A DNA stretch of 53,592 bases from a virus (lineage: Duplodnaviria > Caudoviricetes). Shown here piece after piece: positions 47,944 to 53,592 of this stretch (its first letter is position 1; every line of letters starts with the position of its first letter). Under the pieces are notes generated by a model. It made no database searches and had not been told where the DNA came from. It saw only the letters and a program-made list of their open reading frames with translations. Location: positions 1 through 53,592 of the IMG/VR virus record IMGVR_UViG_3300033143_005707, one strand, 5' to 3'. The position numbers and the translations under genes were made by a program.

Positions 47944-50938
47944 AATTTTTTACCTTTTCGTTAAATAATGCTTTTAATAAATTTTCAGCATGTTCTTTAT
48001 TGGCGAAGTGCGCCATAACAGGCAATGCCTGTTCCATTTTAATTCCACCATTCATTTTTGAAGTATCAATAGCAAAACCCATTTCAAATCCTTCGCCAAG
48101 TATTTTAGCTAACAGACTATAAAATTCCATTCCATCAACTAACATTCTTAGATGATTTCCTTCAAGTAGTTCTTCCCAAATTTTAATTCCTTCTACTGCC
48201 CGCTCTTTCATTTCATTAGTTATGTGACCACCATTAACTTCAATCTCATATTTACACATTTGAGAAAGGTCGCGCAACCACAGGAATTTACCCAATACAC
48301 GATCAGGATATTTTTTACGATCACGAACTAATAAATCTATATTACGATCAAACCTTTTACGGCGAATAATTTCAGTAGAATAACCGTGGTGTGCAATTTC
48401 CAAATCGGGAATTAACTGAACAAATCCAACGCCCTTGTTTAATTCTTTTTCGGGATGCTCATGCACTACACCATAAAATTTAATGCCCTTATGATTTCTA
48501 AATAAGCGGCAAGGCAAATCAGTTTTCATAACGCCTAAAGGTTCAATGGCGAAATGATGTTGCTTAACTGCATAGCCATCAAATTGATTGTTATGAAGAT
48601 ACTTATATATACGCTCAGGGTGAATTAAAATTTCATCTGCATCTAGCCAGAAAATCCAATCACCGGAAGCATCTTCAATAGATAAATTACGCGCTTCATC
48701 AAAACCGATTTCCAAAGGAGACTTAATTGTAATGACCTTAACTATAGGCCAGTTTCCTTTTATAGTTTCTTTGAAATTATTAATGATACCAAAAGTATGA
48801 TCAGTAGTATTTTCATCAACGGCAATTATAATTTCATCTGATATTTCTTTAATTGAATCTAGGCATTGCTTTAAACTTCCTTCTCCATCCTTAACAATTA
48901 AACAAGAAGAAACTGTTTGACGGCCGACCATGTTATTAAACTTGCGGACATAATCAATGCTGCGAGAAATTAATCCACATGGGTTTTTGAATATTGTTAT
49001 ATAACTCCCTAGCACATTGCCCCATTTTGAATTGCCAGAAGGAACAAGAGCAATATTAAATTCAGGATAGTGACCCCATAAATCATGTAAATCGTCACGC
49101 TCAAAATGATGCACATGAGCTCGCCACGGATAATGTTCTTCATAGCCTATAGCTTCCCAAGGTCCGAATGGTGTGGTTAAAATCATCATTGAATCTTTAT
49201 CTTTAAGATAGTTACATAAAGTATCTACATAATATTTTGGATCACCAATATGTTCAATCACTTCTGCCGCTATAATACAGTCAGCTAATGCAATTGATGT
49301 GATTTCTGCACCGGATTCTGCGAATGCTTTAATGATTCCGGTTTTATCTTTTTGTGGGATTGTCCCATGGATGAATTTGGCATTTCCGATTCCTGTTTCT
49401 CTGCACCAATCATTCGCTGTTTGAACATTAGATAATGTAATGTCAATACCTGTAAAATTTTTGTCTGGGAATCGCTTCGCAAGATTAATGGTATAATGTC
49501 CGTGAGCGCAGCCATAATCCAAAATGGTAGAGCCGCTAGGAAGAGACTTGATAATACTACTGACATGCTCAAAACGAGGATTACCATCCAAATTTTCTTC
49601 ACCATAATTTACTCCACGGTCTTTTTCATAATCGTAATATTTTTTATAATGTTCTTCCCAGTCATTGTTGAATGCAAACCCGTAACACTCGGATAATTCT
49701 TTTGTTACACCTGCAAGAATATTATCATCTAAATTATGCTCTGCCGGAATAAATTCATTAAGGGCATAAATATCGCTTGTATGAAGCATGTGGCGAGCCT
49801 TTGCTGCACTGGAGTTATTTCTATTCATACAAGTATGAACATGATCTAGTAACATCTCCGTGGCGTGAATCCATTCATATTTTTTAGCAGCAGCCGATTG
49901 GATTGCCCTCAATGGAGGATATTTTTCAGTTTTTTGAATTGCATCAACAAACATTTGCAAATCTGGCAATCCATCTTCACTTAATTCTAAAAGAATGCTT
50001 CCGCTATCTCTACAAGTTTCTGGCAACGCACCTTTCGTGGTTGAAATAAATGGTAGTCCTGCGGCCATACATTCCATCGCCGTTATACAACTTACTTCTT
50101 CAAAATCTTTTGCCGAAACATTTGGAGTTGGATAAACCATTGCATCACATTGGCGCATAACATCTGCCAATTCTTGTTTCGTTAACGCTCCTAAAATTGT
50201 CACGTTAGGTAAATCTTCACAACGCTGAGCTAGGTACTGATAATAATCTTGAGATTCAGCAGTTGTGTTTTCATAAGCACAAACATAGAGATGATATTTT
50301 TTATCAATCTTTGCAAGGCGTTCCATAATTCCATTGTATGCAACTAAGTGTTCTAGTCCACGTTCAGGGCGTGAGGAATAAAGTAATGATACTTGGTCTG
50401 AACGGCTTTTTTGTAAATGGTCTATAGTTAATTCTCGTTCAAACAAACTTAAATCAACACCGTTTTGAATTGGGAAAACATTATCAGGATTAATTCCATA
50501 AACTTCAACGTATTGTTTTTTATGAAATTCAGACACTGTAAGGATACCGTCCATGTTCCATAAGTTACTTTGAACAGAAACATTATTACGGACTTGAGCA
50601 AGGTCATGAACCCACCATAATTTAATTTTCGCAGCCCATCCATATTGAAATGCAGCAGGATGACGCTGAATAATTAAAACATCGTGTGGTGTGTTTTCAG
50701 CATAAAAATGAAAACGATCACCAAGTGGAGTTTGCTCAGTTGGACTACCAGCAAAAACATACTTGACTCCGTCCCATTCACCCTCTTCTTTTTCATTTGT
50801 GAAAAGGGTAACTCTATTTCCTTTGGCAGCTAATTCTTTCGCCATATAATAAGCGGCAGTTTCACTTCCACCAAGTGATTTAGATTTTATAGTTGCGCCG
50901 TTGAACGGCAGACCCATACAGTGTATGACAATGAACAT
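47924..50938 (-). CDS. Multidomain glycosyltransferase: GT4 - SAM methyltransferase - GT2
   Basis: N: SLGGSETA, YSSRPERGL, EVSCITAMECMAAGLP; middle: ILDYGCAHG, AEVIEH, LTTP; C: SSCLIVKD, WIFWLDADE, VHE. Confidence 0.88.
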   Translation of the reverse strand: MFIVIHCMGLPFNGATIKSKSLGGSETAAYYMAKELAAKGNRVTLFTNEKEEGEWDGVKYVFAGSPTEQTPLGDRFHFYAENTPHDVLIIQRHPAAFQYGWAAKIKLWWVHDLAQVRNNVSVQSNLWNMDGILTVSEFHKKQYVEVYGINPDNVFPIQNGVDLSLFERELTIDHLQKSRSDQVSLLYSSRPERGLEHLVAYNGIMERLAKIDKKYHLYVCAYENTTAESQDYYQYLAQRCEDLPNVTILGALTKQELADVMRQCDAMVYPTPNVSAKDFEEVSCITAMECMAAGLPFISTTKGALPETCRDSGSILLELSEDGLPDLQMFVDAIQKTEKYPPLRAIQSAAAKKYEWIHATEMLLDHVHTCMNRNNSSAAKARHMLHTSDIYALNEFIPAEHNLDDNILAGVTKELSECYGFAFNNDWEEHYKKYYDYEKDRGVNYGEENLDGNPRFEHVSSIIKSLPSGSTILDYGCAHGHYTINLAKRFPDKNFTGIDITLSNVQTANDWCRETGIGNAKFIHGTIPQKDKTGIIKAFAESGAEITSIALADCIIAAEVIEHIGDPKYYVDTLCNYLKDKDSMMILTTPFGPWEAIGYEEHYPWRAHVHHFERDDLHDLWGHYPEFNIALVPSGNSKWGNVLGSYITIFKNPCGLISRSIDYVRKFNNMVGRQTVSSCLIVKDGEGSLKQCLDSIKEISDEIIIAVDENTTDHTFGIINNFKETIKGNWPIVKVITIKSPLEIGFDEARNLSIEDASGDWIFWLDADEILIHPERIYKYLHNNQFDGYAVKQHHFAIEPLGVMKTDLPCRLFRNHKGIKFYGVVHEHPEKELNKGVGFVQLIPDLEIAHHGYSTEIIRRKRFDRNIDLLVRDRKKYPDRVLGKFLWLRDLSQMCKYEIEVNGGHITNEMKERAVEGIKIWEELLEGNHLRMLVDGMEFYSLLAKILGEGFEMGFAIDTSKMNGGIKMEQALPVMAHFANKEHAENLLKALFNEKVKNYESRYF

Positions 50939-50981
50939 TATATATTCTCCGGTTTTCTTTAGTTGAATTAATTAAAAATTA

Positions 50982-51149
50982 TTATTTAGATGATTTAACG
51001 ATTTTCGTTTTTTCGCCTACATCTATATTGTGCAACTCTTTCAGCTTATCAGCCGATTGAGCAGTACCTTTTTTTCTCAACTTGTCAATGTTTTTTAAAA
51101 CATCTTCGCGATTTTTATCTTCTACATGTGGTGTTAAAGCCATTTTCAT
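50982..51149 (-). CDS. Small basic protein, 55 aa (not in ORF track)
   Basis: Manual translation MKMALTPHVEDK...VKSSK, GGAGA RBS. Confidence 0.6.
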   Translation of the reverse strand: MKMALTPHVEDKNREDVLKNIDKLRKKGTAQSADKLKELHNIDVGEKTKIVKSSK

Positions 51150-51169
51150 TTCTCCAATTTCATTTTTTT

Positions 51170-51210
51170 AAAAAGGACCCGAGGAACCAACCATGAAGAT
51201 TCCCCGAGCC
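51170..51210 (-). terminator. Terminator after major capsid gene
   Basis: Minus GGCTCGGGGAATC...GGTTCCTCGGGTC then TTTT. Confidence 0.65.
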
Positions 51211-51226
51211 AATACCCAACTAACTC

Positions 51227-52183
51227 TTAAGAGGAGCTCGTTACGTTAGTCAGCAACATGCCATATTCAGCACCCGTTACTTTTTCCTCTTGATAGTAAC
51301 CAACTTCTATATCTTGAGCTTTTTTCTTAGTGTCATAAGGATGACGCTCAACTTGGAAGTTTGGTAAACCAGCTTGATTCCAACGGAAAGAATAACCAAA
51401 ACTTGGACGCTCTTTACTTGCACTCATCGGAGTGTAATGCGCCAAAACATGATCATCCCAAATCGTAGATAAGTTTTCAACTAAACCTTCACCAGCAGTA
51501 TTTTGGAAAGTACCGCCAACTTGAAGATCTTCAATTTCAAACAGATCCTTAACTTGCTCAATAGATGCGTAACCACCTCCATTATTAGTACCATAGATAA
51601 TATTCCGTACATCAGTATGACGACGGAAAGTTTGCCATGCCTTGATTCCGAAAGTTAAACGGTTTGGACGCTTGCCAGTAGAATACTGAACGTTATCCAA
51701 AATCGTATTAATATCACCAATAGGATCAGAACCAGCACCACCATCATTCCATGCACTACCAACGGCAGAATATGAACCAACATTAGAACCAGACGTAACC
51801 TTATTCGCAACACGAACTTCCCAATCCAATAACAACCCATCCATCACCAATTCCGTTTTACCGTTATTGAGATTATCTAAATAGATTGCATCAGCATTTT
51901 TAAAATCTTCAATTGGAATTGAGGATTTCAACGCATAGTTTTTGGCGTAGTACGTTTCCGAACTCACACTTTCTTCAATACGTTTAGCTTCAGTAGCCGG
52001 AGCACGTTTAGTATCGTGGATACGTAAACGGTCTTCGCGACTCCATATAACATAAAGATCAGACTGTTTTGCCACATCAACAATCGGCATAATCATGTCG
52101 GCGATAAAACCTTCAGGACGATAACCTAATGCGACTTCTGACAGAGCCTTATCAATATGTAGATCTTGAGCAGTAGCACCCAT
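51227..52183 (-). CDS. Major capsid protein
   Basis: ID..LS..A.GY....FIAD...P.V.V, G.RPN, PSFGY.F; after protease and cement gene. Confidence 0.85.
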   Translation of the reverse strand: MGATAQDLHIDKALSEVALGYRPEGFIADMIMPIVDVAKQSDLYVIWSREDRLRIHDTKRAPATEAKRIEESVSSETYYAKNYALKSSIPIEDFKNADAIYLDNLNNGKTELVMDGLLLDWEVRVANKVTSGSNVGSYSAVGSAWNDGGAGSDPIGDINTILDNVQYSTGKRPNRLTFGIKAWQTFRRHTDVRNIIYGTNNGGGYASIEQVKDLFEIEDLQVGGTFQNTAGEGLVENLSTIWDDHVLAHYTPMSASKERPSFGYSFRWNQAGLPNFQVERHPYDTKKKAQDIEVGYYQEEKVTGAEYGMLLTNVTSSS

Positions 52184-52194
52184 AATAAAACTCC

Positions 52195-52545
52195 TTATGC
52201 GATTAGCATTCCGTTAGCAAAGTTGAAAATACCTTCACCAATTCCACCAGAAGAAACAGCCGCGATTGCGCGACCAATACATGATTGACCAGATGTAACA
52301 GTGGACATATATCCAGATTCTGTTACGGTCAATAGCGCACCCGCATTAATCGCAGCTTTTGCGACATAGCGACTACGACCAAAATATCCAACAGTTAAAT
52401 CTTTTCCAGAAGCATCTGGTTTATTTTGTTGGATACCCATAGCAAGAGCATTTGCAGCGATTGTTCCACCAACTACGACAGCCTTATATTGAGAAGCAGA
52501 TAAATCCGCTCCGGCTGCCAATGGAATACTTTCTAAATATGACAT
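52195..52545 (-). CDS. Capsid cement/decoration protein (DUF2190-like)
   Basis: Ala/Gly-rich 116 aa between protease and MCP. Confidence 0.7.
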   Translation of the reverse strand: MSYLESIPLAAGADLSASQYKAVVVGGTIAANALAMGIQQNKPDASGKDLTVGYFGRSRYVAKAAINAGALLTVTESGYMSTVTSGQSCIGRAIAAVSSGGIGEGIFNFANGMLIA

Positions 52546-52546
52546 T

Positions 52547-53572
52547 TTAAGCCTCCATCATTTTAGTGTAACGATCAGCTAAATCAAGATCAGCTTTAAG
52601 GACTGCGGTTTTCGCAATAGAGAATTTCTTCTCACCATGTTTTGCCATATACTCATTTGTCCGAGCAACAACAATTTCACTTGGCGACTTATCGCTTTCT
52701 TGTTCAACAGCATTCGCCTTCAGGCGAGCTTGTTCTGCACCAAAATATGTTGGATTAGCATCAATCGCTTTTTCCAAAGATTCAACAGCAAATAAAGTAG
52801 CTTCTTTATTTTCTGCCTGATCATATGAAGTCAACATTTCAGTACGAGTAAATGGCGCAATCTTTTTATCCTTGACCATTCCGTCCAAACGCTTTTCTAA
52901 TAAACCGCGTTCTTCAACTTGCTTACGATTCTGCTCAATAGCTTCATTCGCTGCAAACTTTGCTTTATTGTCAATCTTGTCTTTTTCAAGAGCAGTATTG
53001 GCAGTAACAAGTTTCGCAGTTTCAGCCTGAGAAGCAGAAAGCTGTAATTTAAGCGTTTTCATTTCTTCGCTTTCTTCAGCCATTTCTTTACTCCTTGATT
53101 TCGTTTCAATTGATGTTGCTGTAAAGGCAACACGTTTTTTAAAGGAAAGTGGATCTTTACTCATATAGCTTGTCAAATCAGCAATCGTATTAACAGCCGG
53201 TATATCCGCACCGAGCAACGCTACTCCAGATAAGACTAAATCATAAACACTTCCTTTATGTTCAACACCATATTCCAATTCTATTGAAACATGTTTATAC
53301 AACTTCTTTGTCATTGCATCATATACAATTTTTGGCATGTCCGTAAATTTTGCTACTAGCTTTTCACCACGGACAAATAAATCAGTAACCCAACCCAGAG
53401 CGGGCTGACCATCGGTCATTCCTTGTTCTTCATTATGTCCAAATTTTAATGGTACATCATGAACTTCTTTTAGGGAACTAAATGAACTAGCAATAGCCAT
53501 TAGATCACCTTTCTCAAATGGAAAGCCGTTCCAAGTTCCCGTGGCAAATACTTCAACTTCTAATTCATACAT
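52547..53572 (-). CDS. Head maturation protease/scaffold (Mu gpI-like)
   Basis: K.GH, PALGWV, Y..VS.E, L.GVALLG...PAV; coiled-coil C-terminal scaffold. Confidence 0.82.
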   Translation of the reverse strand: MYELEVEVFATGTWNGFPFEKGDLMAIASSFSSLKEVHDVPLKFGHNEEQGMTDGQPALGWVTDLFVRGEKLVAKFTDMPKIVYDAMTKKLYKHVSIELEYGVEHKGSVYDLVLSGVALLGADIPAVNTIADLTSYMSKDPLSFKKRVAFTATSIETKSRSKEMAEESEEMKTLKLQLSASQAETAKLVTANTALEKDKIDNKAKFAANEAIEQNRKQVEERGLLEKRLDGMVKDKKIAPFTRTEMLTSYDQAENKEATLFAVESLEKAIDANPTYFGAEQARLKANAVEQESDKSPSEIVVARTNEYMAKHGEKKFSIAKTAVLKADLDLADRYTKMMEA

Positions 53573-53592
53573 TTTTCTTTCTCCTCACGTAA
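53479..53592. repeat. 114-bp direct terminal repeat, right copy
   Basis: Identical to 1..114. Confidence 0.95.

Noticed and set aside
1-53592. Apparent abundance of CCGG sites as evidence of cytosine modification
   Set aside because: Impression by eye only; needs Markov-corrected k-mer statistics
1-53592. Temperate or Mu-like transposable lifestyle
   Set aside because: Mu-like head genes are present, but no transposase, integrase or repressor was recognised

Overview
The window is an apparently complete, circularly assembled genome (about 53,478 bp plus a 114-bp duplicated end) of an AT-rich tailed dsDNA phage. It is siphovirus-like: it has a tail tube, a frameshifted tail chaperone and a 672-aa tape measure, and no sheath was seen. 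The host is probably Gram-negative, given the i/o-spanin pair, KdsB and a YadA-like anchor. No integrase, repressor, tRNA or CRISPR array was recognised. The + strand (about 9.7-32.3 kb) carries small early genes and a replication/recombination set: AAA_24 ATPase, DUF669 protein, Cas4-like nuclease, SF2 helicase, DnaQ and DnaE. It ends in an unusual nucleotide/sugar module: GT-B-like protein, Nmad1-like protein, HD nucleotidase, divergent tandem-ThyX protein, HAD phosphatase, KdsB-like cytidylyltransferase and nucleoside deoxyribosyltransferase-like protein. The - strand carries primase, resolvase, terminase, a portal-gpF fusion, and the head, tail and lysis genes. Two radical SAM paralogues and a 1004-aa GT4-methyltransferase-GT2 fusion are embedded in the head module. 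The two leading candidates for an undescribed system are (1) a CMP-Kdo-like sugar-dependent DNA hypermodification pathway and (2) a radical-SAM-tailored virion glycosylation pathway. Non-coding regions show NrdR-like boxes, back-to-back sigma54-type sites, a recurring hairpin+AAACTGGAGA start module and a densely self-complementary intergenic block. All family assignments come from motif recognition by eye, not from database searches.
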